Shown here in pieces: positions 9,176 through 21,719 of a stretch of DNA of 64,000 bases. The DNA is from Candidatus Binatia bacterium (lineage in GTDB: Bacteria; Desulfobacterota; Binatia; UBA9968). The DNA lies in NCBI GenBank assembly GCA_036554745.1, contig DATBMR010000015.1:30597-94596 (forward strand), written 5' to 3'. Made by a program: the position numbers and the translations under genes. The notes below the pieces were generated by a model that did not search any database, had not been told where the DNA came from, and saw only the letters and a list, made by a program, of their open reading frames with translations. Each line of letters opens with the position of its first letter. The first letter of the stretch is position 1.

Positions 9176-9946
9176 TCAGTCGCCGCCGCGACGCTTTGCC
9201 GCTACCGCAACAGCGGTTTGGAGGTGAGTCGGATTGATCGTGCCGACAACCAGAGCATCGATAAATCGTTGACGAAGCACGAAGTCAAGCGCTGCCTGTG
9301 CTTCAAGATGCCCGCTGGAGAGCCCCTTGATTGCGAGAATACCCATGCCGCGTTCGTAAGCCGTCTCAAGCGACCCTGACAGGGACGAATCATTTTTGCT
9401 GAATGGCGCCATCACCACATCCAGCGCACCGACGGCCGCTAAAATTCCGCTTTCGGTTTTGGCGGAAATTCCTGCCGAGCGGATCTTGCCGTTTCGCTTC
9501 AGACGGGTCAGCGCTTCTAATGCATCGGTTTGCGTAAGGATTTCGACGTCGCGACCGTCCGAATGCAAAAGCAGCACGTCGATATATTCAGTGCGTAGCC
9601 GGCGGAGGCTCTCCTCTACACTGTTCATGATCGCCGGCGCGGAAAAATCATAGATGGAACGCCCGTTCAAATACTGCTCACCGCATTTCGTGCAGAGCAC
9701 GAACTCATCTCGATGTCCGTCGATGATCGCACCGAGCCGCTGTTCGCTGTTGCCATAGGCGGGCGCGGTGTCGATGAGATTTACGCCAAGTTTGCGGACC
9801 GAATCCAATAGGTCCGAAAGCTGCGAATCGGATGGTAGCGCGAAACTCGCGGGATACTTGACGTCCGTATTTCTGCCGAACTTGGTGGTGCCGAGACCGA
9901 TCGGACTCACGGTTAACCCGGTGTGGCCTAATTGACGGCGAACCAT
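9176..9946 (-). CDS. aldo/keto reductase
   Basis: N-terminus RQLGHTGLTVSPIGLGT, IDTAPAYG, and LLLHS motifs. Start placed at ATG 9946 with GGGAGGA about 8 nt upstream (the track ORF begins at 9991). Confidence 0.85.
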   Translation of the reverse strand: MVRRQLGHTGLTVSPIGLGTTKFGRNTDVKYPASFALPSDSQLSDLLDSVRKLGVNLIDTAPAYGNSEQRLGAIIDGHRDEFVLCTKCGEQYLNGRSIYDFSAPAIMNSVEESLRRLRTEYIDVLLLHSDGRDVEILTQTDALEALTRLKRNGKIRSAGISAKTESGILAAVGALDVVMAPFSKNDSSLSGSLETAYERGMGILAIKGLSSGHLEAQAALDFVLRQRFIDALVVGTINPTHLQTAVAVAAKRRGGD

Positions 9947-11097
9947 TCGGCGTCCTCCCAGGGATAAGGCGCCACACCAGGGGCCGGCCATGACGGCAAT
10001 TCATCGTAGCCTCCTGGCGAGCGAACATTGAGCTGGATCAGTTGCAGTACTTCATCGGCCAGCACTGGCGCCATCGATAGCTTGGTCGGCCATGCGACGA
10101 TCACTCCGGGCGCCACCTGGCTCGTGTGGACACCGCTCGGCCGTCTAATCGCTGCAGTGCGCGCTTCCGCCCGGATTGCGCGGTACAGGGCGATCTCGAC
10201 GCTCGCGAGAGCGAGATTGGGCAACCAACGGCGGATTTCATTGATCGCGGATCGACGAGCGGTTGCCGAGTCTCCTTCACCGGCGAGCCGCTCGGCAATT
10301 TCGCCACCGATCTGCCAGAGACCCGGCGTCGGCGTGGTGATGGTCAAACCAGTTTTGCCGCGAACGATGCAATGACCGAAAAGCGGCGGCAAATTGCCGC
10401 GCAGAAGTACCATGTTGAGCGGTCGGCACTGCATCAAGTCCCCGTTAATCCCAGATTTAACCAAGAGATCTGCGTTACCCGCGCCCGCCGTCAACACGAC
10501 CGCGCGCGGTCGAAGCAAGGTTTTGCTGACCTGCAATCCCCTCTCGGTGAATTGCGCCGACCCATTATCGTACAAAAAAATGAAATCGCGGTATCGTTGG
10601 GCGAGTATTTCCAGAAATGATCCCGTTGCGATGACAGGTTCAGCAAGGGAATAAACCGCCAAGGCGGAGTCGCACAGCACCTCGGGCCATGCGCTCTTAG
10701 GAACGCGCTCTGGGGATACGGCAAGCAGCCGGGCCTTGGCAACGAGGCCCATGATACCTCGCGATTGCAGCTCTGCGATCGCGGAACCGCGCGGCAGCCA
10801 TAAATGGCAGCGGTCTGAAAGCACACGCATCCCGGAAAGGTCTGGTTGAAGTTCCCCGGCGATGCTACGCCGCCAGCGCTCGGGCATTAAGCTTGTAGCG
10901 CGCACGGCGGCAAAATCGCGCACGCCGCGCAAAGCATATTTGCCGCCGCCGTGAATAATTCCCTGGGCCTGAACCGTTTGGCCGGAGCCGAGCGCTTGGC
11001 GTTCCAGCAGAATCGCGTGGTAGCCGGCGCGCCGCAAGCGGTCGAGGCACCAGAGTCCGGCAGCGCCGCCACCGAAAACGACCACATCTAAGCGCAT
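9928..11097 (-). CDS. FAD-dependent oxidoreductase (DAO / glycerol-3-phosphate oxidase-like)
   Basis: 389 aa. N-terminal Rossmann motif DVVVFGGGAAGLWCL. Overlaps the downstream AKR gene by 19 nt, so the two are probably co-transcribed. Confidence 0.75.
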   Translation of the reverse strand: MRLDVVVFGGGAAGLWCLDRLRRAGYHAILLERQALGSGQTVQAQGIIHGGGKYALRGVRDFAAVRATSLMPERWRRSIAGELQPDLSGMRVLSDRCHLWLPRGSAIAELQSRGIMGLVAKARLLAVSPERVPKSAWPEVLCDSALAVYSLAEPVIATGSFLEILAQRYRDFIFLYDNGSAQFTERGLQVSKTLLRPRAVVLTAGAGNADLLVKSGINGDLMQCRPLNMVLLRGNLPPLFGHCIVRGKTGLTITTPTPGLWQIGGEIAERLAGEGDSATARRSAINEIRRWLPNLALASVEIALYRAIRAEARTAAIRRPSGVHTSQVAPGVIVAWPTKLSMAPVLADEVLQLIQLNVRSPGGYDELPSWPAPGVAPYPWEDAEWFAVN

Positions 11098-11160
11098 TTC
11101 GACGTTAGTCGATTGCTTGCACTGGGTGTTTTCATGAGCATGCGAGCTCCAACCGAACGG

Positions 11161-11736
11161 CTAAGCGGGGAAGAGCTTCCGATCGACGATTTCACAGATC
11201 ACGTGACCGACGAGAATATGGGTTTCTTGAATGCGCGCGCTGTTCTTTCCTTCCGAGACCCGAAGCAGGTAGTCGACTTTCCCGACCATCTTGCCACCAC
11301 TGCCGCCGGTCAAACCGATGGTCTGGATCTTTGTTTGCTTGCAGACTTCAATCGCGGTGAGCACGTTGGGCGAGTTGCCGCTGGTCGAAATTGCCAGCGC
11401 GATATCTCCGGCTTTGCCTAAAGCATGCACCTGTTTGGCAAAAACTTGTGTGTAGTCGTAATCGTTGGCGATGGCCGTGAGCGCCGATGTATCCGTCGTG
11501 AGCGCGAGAGCGGGCAGAGGGGGACGCTCCATCACGAAGCGATTGGTAAACTCCGCCGCGATATGCTGGGCATCAGCAGCGCTGCCGCCGTTGCCGAAAA
11601 GCAGGAGCTTGTTGCCGCGTCTAAACGCTGCCACCAGCGCGTCAATGGCTTCGGTCAAGACATCAAGGTTATCCCGCAGGAAGGCCTGCTTGACGCGCAG
11701 GCTCTCGTCAAACGCTTGTTTAATCTGTTCTTTCAT
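11161..11736 (-). CDS. gmhA: D-sedoheptulose-7-phosphate isomerase (SIS domain)
   Basis: FGNGGSAADAQHIAAEF and ISTSGNSPNV SIS motifs. ATG 11736 gives about 191 aa, typical of GmhA (the track ORF begins at TTG 11775). Confidence 0.85.
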   Translation of the reverse strand: MKEQIKQAFDESLRVKQAFLRDNLDVLTEAIDALVAAFRRGNKLLLFGNGGSAADAQHIAAEFTNRFVMERPPLPALALTTDTSALTAIANDYDYTQVFAKQVHALGKAGDIALAISTSGNSPNVLTAIEVCKQTKIQTIGLTGGSGGKMVGKVDYLLRVSEGKNSARIQETHILVGHVICEIVDRKLFPA

Positions 11737-11881
11737 GGCAAGAGACAGCCGGTCATCGAGAGTTTTGTAGCACAAGCCTGCAGGAGCGTAAAACCTCGGT
11801 CACCGAATGCAACCCGCTTAATTTGCAGTGATGTGTCATGTCGGCTAAAGCGCATCGGGACGTAGGCTAGCAGGTGCCAAA

Positions 11882-13300
11882 TTAGATACTGGTTTTGACG
11901 GCGGGAGAATGGCCTCTAAGTGCGCTTTCCGCAATTTCGGTGAGCAGTTGATCATGATCGTGGTTGAGAGCGAAAACGCGAAATTGGACAACTTTGGATG
12001 GAATGAATTCAAACAGCTCGGCCAGACTCTCTTTCGTGATTTCCCCGCTTGAAGGATCAAAGATATGAATCTGCTTCTTGCCCATGGCGAAAGGATTTTC
12101 CGGGCGCGGGTCCTGAGTCGCCATGTCGACACGAAAGATCATGTCGCGCGCCGTGGCAGGAAGCGCTGAGCGAATGCGTTTCTCCCAGTCGGCGTCTTGG
12201 ATCAATGCTACGCCATAGCGGAGCTCGTTTAAAGACAGCGTGCGGTCATACGCCATTTTCCATTTAACTTCGCGACGGAGCACCGTTTCCCATTCTTTGC
12301 CAAGCGGTTCAAGACCGGCCTTTTGCCGCCGCCATCGGGATACATCTTCAAGCAAAGACCAGTCGGTCAAGTAAAGGTAATCCTCCATATGTTCGAGTGG
12401 ATTACCGGGAAACAATACTTTCATCGTTTCCGGAAAGATCTCTCGGAGATGCAGGTCGATGGCGCGAGTCGTGCGATGATAATAGACGTTGGTGTAAAGA
12501 TATAGCCGTGCGTTTAGAAATGTCGTGAGCGCGCCGTTTCCGGCTTTATGGATCGTCAAGCCCTTAGGGGTGAAAAATGTATAGTGAATCAATCGCTCAC
12601 GATCGATCGGCCCCGGATGAACACCGCACATGTAGGAATCGCGTGAGACGTAATCGAGATTATCGAACGTAAAAATCCCGCCAGTCAAAGGTTGCAGAAA
12701 GCGTACCCATTTGGGCCTCCGATGATCGTCTTTGCCGTTTTTCTTAATCGGAAACGCAATATCTTCTGGGCGGAGCTCCTCGCCCGAAGCAAAGGCGCCG
12801 CTTGGGCTCCGGCGCAGTCGCTGAATGATATCACCCAAATATTCTTGAATGATCGTTTGGCTGAGATCCTCATGGGTGAGATCGTAGTTGGCTAAGAAAT
12901 TGTCGTCAAAAAAGTGGCCAAACGGACCATGGCCGATATCATGCAACAGCCCCGTGACGCGCATGTATTCTTCGATGAACGGACCCGACGGGCACTCGTC
13001 ACCGAGGACTTTCCGCAGCGACGGATAAAGATGCTTAGCAAATTCGCCGGCAAGGTGCATCGCCCCCAGTGAGTGTTGAAAACGGCTATGCTCCGCGGAG
13101 GGATAAACCCAGCGCGCGCTCTGCAGTTGATAAATATATCGCAGCCGCTGAACCCACGGCGAATCAATCAAAGCCTTCTCGGTAACTTCGCCTTTATGAC
13201 ATGGCACCGTGAACTGAATATAACGGTGGATCGGATCCGCGATCAGCGCCGTGCCTTCATATTCGTTATAGTTCGCTTGAACCATATTCCCACGCCCCAT
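11882..13300 (-). CDS. HD domain-containing phosphohydrolase (COG1078 / SAMHD1-dGTPase-like)
   Basis: 472 aa. HSRFQHSLGAMHLAG and LLHDIGHGPFGHFFD metal-binding HD motifs. Confidence 0.85.
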   Translation of the reverse strand: MGRGNMVQANYNEYEGTALIADPIHRYIQFTVPCHKGEVTEKALIDSPWVQRLRYIYQLQSARWVYPSAEHSRFQHSLGAMHLAGEFAKHLYPSLRKVLGDECPSGPFIEEYMRVTGLLHDIGHGPFGHFFDDNFLANYDLTHEDLSQTIIQEYLGDIIQRLRRSPSGAFASGEELRPEDIAFPIKKNGKDDHRRPKWVRFLQPLTGGIFTFDNLDYVSRDSYMCGVHPGPIDRERLIHYTFFTPKGLTIHKAGNGALTTFLNARLYLYTNVYYHRTTRAIDLHLREIFPETMKVLFPGNPLEHMEDYLYLTDWSLLEDVSRWRRQKAGLEPLGKEWETVLRREVKWKMAYDRTLSLNELRYGVALIQDADWEKRIRSALPATARDMIFRVDMATQDPRPENPFAMGKKQIHIFDPSSGEITKESLAELFEFIPSKVVQFRVFALNHDHDQLLTEIAESALRGHSPAVKTSI

Positions 13301-13338
13301 GGCAAAAAAATCGGGTCTTCACCTCGTCAAGAGTCAAA

Positions 13339-13767
13339 CTAAACTTCGAAAATTAAATGCGCCGTCCACTGATTGCCGGTCTTTTCCATGCGGCTCTTGT
13401 GAAACGCCACGGTGGCGATTTCCTGCTGGATCTCATGGCGGTCAGGATCGATTTTTTCTCCCGCAACTTCCGCTTTGACCATCGTGTCCTTGACCTCGCG
13501 GATGAGAAATTCCCGCAGTAAATAGCCGCTGCCCTGAAAGAGGTAGAGCAGCTCACGCATCCAGTTGACCATCAAGTCGTCACGATCGGCCCCTTCTACT
13601 TCGAGAGCAAGGCGTTCCCTGGTCTCGACCTTGTCCACATCTGCTACCATGACATCGAAAAGCGCCAACGCGGAGTTGGCGAATAGGTCGGCTTGGGAAT
13701 CGCCTGTCACTCTTACGGCCAATTCAGATTGATGCTTCGTTAATCGGTATTTCTTCTGTTTCTCCAT
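13339..13767 (-). CDS. archease
   Basis: 142 aa. Overall archease pattern (TGDSQADLFANSALALFDVM ... VKAEVAGEKIDPDRHEIQQEIATVAFH). Size is typical. Confidence 0.75.
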   Translation of the reverse strand: MEKQKKYRLTKHQSELAVRVTGDSQADLFANSALALFDVMVADVDKVETRERLALEVEGADRDDLMVNWMRELLYLFQGSGYLLREFLIREVKDTMVKAEVAGEKIDPDRHEIQQEIATVAFHKSRMEKTGNQWTAHLIFEV

Positions 13768-13800
13768 GGTTCATCGACCTTCGGAATTATGGGCTCTGTG

Positions 13801-14076
13801 TCATGCTTTCGTGCTCTCGGTGGCAAACTCACGCCGCCCAGCAAAATCGTCCTCCAATAATTGGCGAATTTCCGGGCATGCATAGCATTGGACGCATGTG
13901 AGAACGTCTATTGCCTGAGTTAATTTCCGGTAGCGAAAGGGTGGCCCATCCTGCCTGGGATTGAGCAGAAACTCCCATTCGGTGTGGCCTGTATGCAGCA
14001 GATAAAAGTCGACTCGATAGTCCTTCGGTTTATGGATAGTGCCAAATACCTCTCTGCCGCAGTGATAACACTGCAT
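13801..14076 (-). CDS. hypothetical Cys-rich (zinc-ribbon-like) protein
   Basis: 91 aa with CYHC at residues 3-6 and CVQCYAC at 61-67. Tightly packed between larB (10 nt away) and archease (33 nt away). Confidence 0.5.
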   Translation of the reverse strand: MQCYHCGREVFGTIHKPKDYRVDFYLLHTGHTEWEFLLNPRQDGPPFRYRKLTQAIDVLTCVQCYACPEIRQLLEDDFAGRREFATESTKA

Positions 14077-14086
14077 GATCAGCTAG

Positions 14087-14836
14087 TTATACCCGGTTTA
14101 TTAGGCTCGCCGCAAATCCGGCGCCAAAGCCATTATCGATATTTACAACCGTCACACCTGCGGCGCACGAATTGAGCATGCCTAAAAGAGCGGTGATACC
14201 CTGAAAGCTCGCGCCGTAGCCGATGCTCGTCGGCACTGCGATGACGGGTTTGTCGATTAAGCCGGCAATCACGCTCGGCAATGCTCCCTCCATGCCCGCT
14301 ACAACGATGAGAACGGAAGCGGCATCGAGTTGTGGCCGATGTTCGAGTACGCGATGAATCCCCGCCACTCCGACATCGAAAAGCCGGGCAACCCGATTCC
14401 CCATGAGAGTCGCAGTAAGCGCTGCCTCTTCTGCGACCGGAATATCCGAAGTGCCGGCGCTCACCACCAAAATCGTCCCCTTACCGGTGATTTTTATCGG
14501 CTTACCAACCCAGGTCGCAGCGCACGCGCTGGCATGAAATTTGAGCCCGCTACGCAACTTTTCCAGCCGTGCCATTTTCTCGGCGTCCAGGCGAGTAACC
14601 AAAACATTTACTTTGCGTTTGCGCATAGCTGCAACAATAGCGGCGATTTGTTTGGCGTCTTTTCCTTGGCCCATGATCACTTCAGCAAATCCTTGACGCA
14701 GTGTCCGGTGATGGTCGATTTTGGCGAAACCAAGATCCTCGAAGGGCAATTGACGCAATCGCGCTACGGCCTGTTCGATGCTTACTCTATTCGAGCGCAC
14801 CTGCTTCAATAATTCTGCTAGCCGCTCGGAGTCCAT
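14087..14836 (-). CDS. larB: nickel-pincer cofactor biosynthesis protein LarB (PurE/AIR-carboxylase-like)
   Basis: 249 aa. VVSAGTSDIPVAEEA, VVAGMEGALPSV and VNIDNGFGAG motifs. Has the N-terminal extension typical of LarB rather than PurE. Confidence 0.82.
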   Translation of the reverse strand: MDSERLAELLKQVRSNRVSIEQAVARLRQLPFEDLGFAKIDHHRTLRQGFAEVIMGQGKDAKQIAAIVAAMRKRKVNVLVTRLDAEKMARLEKLRSGLKFHASACAATWVGKPIKITGKGTILVVSAGTSDIPVAEEAALTATLMGNRVARLFDVGVAGIHRVLEHRPQLDAASVLIVVAGMEGALPSVIAGLIDKPVIAVPTSIGYGASFQGITALLGMLNSCAAGVTVVNIDNGFGAGFAASLINRV

Positions 14837-14839
14837 GAG

Positions 14840-15829
14840 TTAGGTCATTTTAAAATGGTCGTAGCCTGGGTGCGAAATCGCCACCGGTTTCTCGCAACTG
14901 TCGATCACGATGATTCCCTGATCTGGGGCGACGCAGGCACCGATCCGAGTAATCGGCACACCCGCGCCGCGCAGTTTTTCCACGCGCGCGCGATTGTGCT
15001 TCCGCGCGCAAAACAGTAGTTCATAATCCTCACCGCCGGTTAAAGCGTGACATGCGCCATCTTTGCCGGCGAGCGCGCGATAGGTTGGCGAGAGCGGCAG
15101 ATGATCCTGTCGAATCACAGCGCCCGTGCCGCTGGCGCGGCAAATATGTGCCAAATCCTGGATGAGACCGTCGCTTACGTCGATCATCGCCGTCGCCAGT
15201 CGATGCTTGGCAAGTAGCGCCCCGGCGGCAAGTCTGGGCGTCGGACGGTGATGACGCTTGAGCAACTTAGCAAGGTCCTTGCGCTGCAACCGGCCTTTAT
15301 GGTCGCGTAAGAAGCTTAAGGCTAGAGCCGAGTCGCCTAATGTTCCCGTCACGTAAATATCGTCGCCCACGCCGGCGCCGCTGCGGCGAATTGGGCGGTA
15401 TGGTGCATGGCCAATAACGCATACGGAGACGATCAACGACTTGGAGGTATTCGTATCGCCGCCGGCGACCGCCACGTCGTTCGATCGCGTTATTGCTTTG
15501 ATACCGCGGTAAAATTCATCGACTTTATCGGTATCAAGATCAGCAGGGATGCCTAAAGAAAGGATCGCGTAAGCCGGCACGCCTCCCATGGCCGCGATAT
15601 CGCTCAGGTTCACAGCGAGGGATTTGTAACCCAATTCGAAAAACGAGATCCACTTGAGATCGAAGTGTACGCCCTCAATGAGCAAGTCCGCCGTTACCAG
15701 CGAAGTTCCGGATGGATTTTCGACCCAAGCAGCATCGTCGCCGATGCCAATGCGAACGCCACGACCGATCGGCAGCATCCGCTGAATTCTTTGGATCAGA
15801 CCGAACTCTCCGAGGTCGCTGAGCTTCAT
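14840..15829 (-). CDS. thiL: thiamine-monophosphate kinase
   Basis: 329 aa. LGEFGLIQRI and IGDDAAW N-terminal motifs. AIR-synthase-related fold pattern. Confidence 0.9.
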   Translation of the reverse strand: MKLSDLGEFGLIQRIQRMLPIGRGVRIGIGDDAAWVENPSGTSLVTADLLIEGVHFDLKWISFFELGYKSLAVNLSDIAAMGGVPAYAILSLGIPADLDTDKVDEFYRGIKAITRSNDVAVAGGDTNTSKSLIVSVCVIGHAPYRPIRRSGAGVGDDIYVTGTLGDSALALSFLRDHKGRLQRKDLAKLLKRHHRPTPRLAAGALLAKHRLATAMIDVSDGLIQDLAHICRASGTGAVIRQDHLPLSPTYRALAGKDGACHALTGGEDYELLFCARKHNRARVEKLRGAGVPITRIGACVAPDQGIIVIDSCEKPVAISHPGYDHFKMT

Positions 15830-15920
15830 CTGAGACCAAGCGGCAGCAAACGTCGAAGATGTTCTCTAGTGCCGCCGCCGCATTCTCAAAAAATTATTAG
15901 GTTGAACCCCGATGCATCAA

Positions 15921-18413
15921 CTACGGTACCAAGGGAATCGATCGATCGCGCTGGTTTTTGCGCAAGGGCCGATTGGCCTTTTTGGACGTTCGCGAGTTTA
16001 CTCGGACGCGCCCTTTAGGTGCCACTAGACGAAGCTTGTGCGTCGACGTTCTGCGTTCAATCAAAGCGACCTTCAACACGTCAGACATATTTTTTGCCAC
16101 GAGCCATCGGAGCTTGCGGCGCAACGGCTTGGGAATTTCATCCAAGTCTTTTTCGTTGCGATCGGGGATGATGATCGTTTTGATCCCTGCGCGAAATGCT
16201 GCCAGCGACTTCTCTTTAAGTCCACCGATCGGCAGCACTCTACCGCGAAGAGTGATTTCTCCGGTCATCGCAACGTCACGGCTAACCGGCCGCTTGGTAA
16301 GGGCAGAAATCAGCGCGGTGGCCATCGTGATGCCGGCGGAAGGGCCGTCTTTCGGGATTGCGCCAGCGGGCACATGGATGTGAATATCGAGTTTCTGATA
16401 AAAATCTGGTTCGATGCCAAGTTTCTTGGCGTGCGCGCGCGCGTAACTCACGGCCGCTTGGGCCGATTCCTTCATGACGTCGCCGAGCTGCCCAGTAAGG
16501 GTCAAATTACCCCGTCCACGCGAAAGTGACGCCTCAACGTAGAGAATCTCCCCCCCGGTGCTTGTCCAAGCCAAACCGGTGGCCACGCCGATCTCGTGTT
16601 CTTCTTGCTCGGCCTCGGGCAAGAACTTTGGTGCACCGAGAAAAGTATGGACATTGGCCCGCGTCACGCGCGTTAGTTCATTTTTCCCCTCGGCGACCTT
16701 GCGCGCAACCTTGCGGCAAATCGATGCGATCTCACGCTCAAGATTCCTCAGCCCCGCTTCTTTCGTGTACTCCGCAATCACGCGCAGCACAGCATCGTCG
16801 GAAATTTCCAGCCGTTTAACCGAAATGCCATTGTCCCCTAACTGGCGGGGGATCAGGTATTTGCGAGCGATCGCCAGTTTTTCCTCGTTTGTGTACCCGG
16901 AAAGCTGAATCACCTCCATGCGATCGGCGAGGGCCGGAGGAACTGGATCGAGTAGATTTGCCGTGCAGATAAACAATACGTTGGAGAGGTCGAACGGAAG
17001 ATTCAAATAGTGATCGCTGAACGCGTGATTCTGCTCCGGATCTAAAACTTCGAGCAGCGCTGCCGAAGGATCACCCCGGAAATCGGCGCCGACTTTGTCG
17101 ATCTCATCGAGCATAAAGACAGGATTATTCGATTTTGCTTGCTTGATCCCTTGAATAATTCGGCCCGGCAAGGCTCCGACGTAGGTTCGGCGGTGGCCAC
17201 GGATCTCCGCCTCGTCCCGCACGCCACCCAAAGAAACTCGCACAAAATTTCTGCCGAGCGAGCGCGCGATGGATCTTCCCAGCGACGTTTTACCGACCCC
17301 CGGCGGGCCGACAAAGCAAAGGATTGGTCCTTTAATCTTGCGGCGTAATTTATTGACTGCCAGGTATTCTAAGATTCGCTCTTTTATTCTTTCCAGGTTG
17401 TAATGATCTTCGTCCAAAACCTGTTTAGCTTTTGCTATATTTAAATTATCCTTCGTGGACTTGCTCCAGGGCAGGTCAACGAGCCAGTCTAGATACGTCC
17501 GGACCAACGATGCTTCGGATGACTCGGGATGCATCTGTTCCAAACGGCGCAGCTGCTTCTCGGCTTCGGCTTTAATTTCATCCGGCATCTTCGCCTTCTC
17601 GATCTGCTTCTTGAGCTCATTGACCTCTTCGGCGCGTTCGTCGCCCTCCCCTAGCTCCTGCTGGATTTGTTTGAGCTGCTCGCGCAGGTAGTAGTCGCGT
17701 TGGGTTTTGCTCATCTCCTCTTTCGCCTGACTCTGAATTCGCGCTTGCATCGCCGACAGCTCAAGTTCGCGGGTGAGAAGCTCGTTGACTTTTTTCAGCC
17801 GTTCGATCGGGTCGAAAATTTGCAGGATGGCCTGACTCTCATCGATCTTGAGTCTCAAGTTTGACGCGACCAGATCCGCCAGCACGCCGGGATCGCTGAT
17901 GTTGTCGGTGACCATGACGATCTCGGGTGGCAAATTTTTAAGATTTAAGATCTGTTCGATTTTTTCCTTGGCCGTGCGCATAAGTGCCTCGACCTCGATA
18001 GGCACTTCCGTCAGGGTCGGCTCGATAATTTTTCGGATTTTGACTTCGAAGAAGGGTCGCTCCCGGAGATAAGTGTCCACCTCGCCTTTAGCGAGTCCTT
18101 GGACAAGAATCTTAACGCGACCATCGGCCAGTTTCAGCATACGCATAATGGATGCGATGGTGCCGACGCGATGGATGTCCGCCGGCAGGGGATTCTCCTC
18201 CGAGGAATTCACCTGCGACACAAGAAAAATCAACCGATCGCGTGAAAGAGCTTCCTCTACGGCGCGGATCGAGACGTCGCGGCCGACAAACAGTGGCAAC
18301 ATCATGTAGGGATAAATCACGATGTCGCGGATCGGCAGGAGCGGGAGAACGTCAGGGATCTCAACCTGGGAGGACTTATCCGGATTCTCAGCTTTCCATT
18401 CGGTTTCGCTCAT
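15921..18413 (-). CDS. lon: ATP-dependent Lon protease
   Basis: 830 aa. LON N-domain, Walker [10 protein letters not shown], catalytic [10 protein letters not shown] Ser and GGLKEK Lys. Carries a basic C-terminal tail. Confidence 0.97.
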   Translation of the reverse strand: MSETEWKAENPDKSSQVEIPDVLPLLPIRDIVIYPYMMLPLFVGRDVSIRAVEEALSRDRLIFLVSQVNSSEENPLPADIHRVGTIASIMRMLKLADGRVKILVQGLAKGEVDTYLRERPFFEVKIRKIIEPTLTEVPIEVEALMRTAKEKIEQILNLKNLPPEIVMVTDNISDPGVLADLVASNLRLKIDESQAILQIFDPIERLKKVNELLTRELELSAMQARIQSQAKEEMSKTQRDYYLREQLKQIQQELGEGDERAEEVNELKKQIEKAKMPDEIKAEAEKQLRRLEQMHPESSEASLVRTYLDWLVDLPWSKSTKDNLNIAKAKQVLDEDHYNLERIKERILEYLAVNKLRRKIKGPILCFVGPPGVGKTSLGRSIARSLGRNFVRVSLGGVRDEAEIRGHRRTYVGALPGRIIQGIKQAKSNNPVFMLDEIDKVGADFRGDPSAALLEVLDPEQNHAFSDHYLNLPFDLSNVLFICTANLLDPVPPALADRMEVIQLSGYTNEEKLAIARKYLIPRQLGDNGISVKRLEISDDAVLRVIAEYTKEAGLRNLEREIASICRKVARKVAEGKNELTRVTRANVHTFLGAPKFLPEAEQEEHEIGVATGLAWTSTGGEILYVEASLSRGRGNLTLTGQLGDVMKESAQAAVSYARAHAKKLGIEPDFYQKLDIHIHVPAGAIPKDGPSAGITMATALISALTKRPVSRDVAMTGEITLRGRVLPIGGLKEKSLAAFRAGIKTIIIPDRNEKDLDEIPKPLRRKLRWLVAKNMSDVLKVALIERRTSTHKLRLVAPKGRVRVNSRTSKKANRPLRKNQRDRSIPLVP

Positions 18414-18543
18414 CTAGGCTCCAATCTTCATGTCACCTTAAACACAGCGCCATCCTAGGTCAATGACAATCTTGTCTGAAATGCGTTTTTGAGGAAATAA
18501 AGAACGGTAATTTAGGGGAGACGATGGAGGAAGCGCGGGGTGC

Positions 18544-19653
18544 TCAGCCGAACAATTCCTTCATTTTGTCAAAGAAACCCTTAGCGAGCGGGTTTACTTC
18601 TTCACCGCCTAACGCGGCAAATTCTTTCAAAAGTTCCTTTTGCTTTCCTGTCAGACGAGTCGGCGTTTCGACGGTGACGCGAACATGTTGATCGCCTTGC
18701 TGCAGACCGTGCACGTCCCTGATGCCCCTGCCCTTCATGCGGAAGACTTTGCCCGACTGAGTGCCAGCGGGAATTTTCATTTTAACTTTTCCTTCTAAAG
18801 TCGGCACGTCGATTTCTGCTCCCAAGGCCGCTTGCACGAAACTAATCGGCACATCGCAGATGATATCGAGGTTGTCGCGGATAAAAATCGGATGGGGATC
18901 GACTTGGATAACCACGTAAAGATCGCCCGCCGATCCGCCCGCCGGACCCGATTCACCCTCGCCGCGGAGCTTTAGCCGTGATCCGTTATCGACACCTGCC
19001 GGGATTTTTACGCTAAGGGTGTGCATGCTGCGAACGCGTCCCGCCCCGGCACACGTCGGGCACGGTTCTTTGATAATCGTGCCTTGTCCTTGGCACTGGT
19101 TACAGGTGCGCGCAATGCTGAAAAATCCCTGCTGAAAACTCACCTGTCCACGGCCGCGACAGGTGGGGCAGGTTTGTGGCGCCGTGCCCGGCTTGGCGCC
19201 ATTGCCCCGACAGGTATCACATGTTCCGTGCCGGGGAATCTTAATCTTCTTTTCCGCGCCGGTGACTGCTTCCTCAAATTTTAACGTTAAGTTGTACCGT
19301 AAATCTTGACCACGGCGGGCGCGACGCGTACTAGTGCCGCCACCAAAAAATTCACCAAAAACGTCGCTAAAAATATCTTCAAACCCGCCGGAAAAATCGA
19401 ACCCGCCAGCAAACGGCCCGCCTTCACCGAAGGCCGCATGGCCAAACTGGTCGTACTGCGATCGCTTCTGCGGGTCCGAAAGCACCGAGTAAGCCTCCGA
19501 GACTTCCTTGAATTTTTCTTCCGCCCGCTTATCGCCTGGATTGCGATCCGGATGATGCTGCAACGCCAGTTTCCGATACGCTTTTTTGATCTCGTCCTCC
19601 CCGGCGCTGCGCCCAACGCCGAGCAGTTCGTAGTAGTCTTTCTTGGTGCTCAA
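18544..19653 (-). CDS. dnaJ: molecular chaperone DnaJ
   Basis: J domain with HHPDRNPG, a G/F-rich linker, and four CxxCxGxG repeats. Confidence 0.97.
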   Translation of the reverse strand: MSTKKDYYELLGVGRSAGEDEIKKAYRKLALQHHPDRNPGDKRAEEKFKEVSEAYSVLSDPQKRSQYDQFGHAAFGEGGPFAGGFDFSGGFEDIFSDVFGEFFGGGTSTRRARRGQDLRYNLTLKFEEAVTGAEKKIKIPRHGTCDTCRGNGAKPGTAPQTCPTCRGRGQVSFQQGFFSIARTCNQCQGQGTIIKEPCPTCAGAGRVRSMHTLSVKIPAGVDNGSRLKLRGEGESGPAGGSAGDLYVVIQVDPHPIFIRDNLDIICDVPISFVQAALGAEIDVPTLEGKVKMKIPAGTQSGKVFRMKGRGIRDVHGLQQGDQHVRVTVETPTRLTGKQKELLKEFAALGGEEVNPLAKGFFDKMKELFG

Positions 19654-19688
19654 GCCCGCCTCTTTAATTGCTTTCTTTGTGTATGAGT

Positions 19689-19725
19689 AAAAAAGCCCCT
19701 CTCCGCAATAGATGGGAGCAGGGGC
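19689..19725 (-). terminator. intrinsic terminator/attenuator between dnaK and dnaJ
   Basis: The minus strand reads GCCCCTGCTCC-loop-GGAGAGGGGC followed by TTTTTT. It lies 34 nt after the dnaK stop. Confidence 0.6.
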
Positions 19726-19758
19726 TTTAGGTGAGAATTATGTCGGGCCACCCCGCCG

Positions 19759-21675
<1,917 letters not shown>

Positions 21676-21719
21676 CTCCAGGCTCTCCTCGAAACAAATT
21701 CCTCAACAATGAGGCTTAT

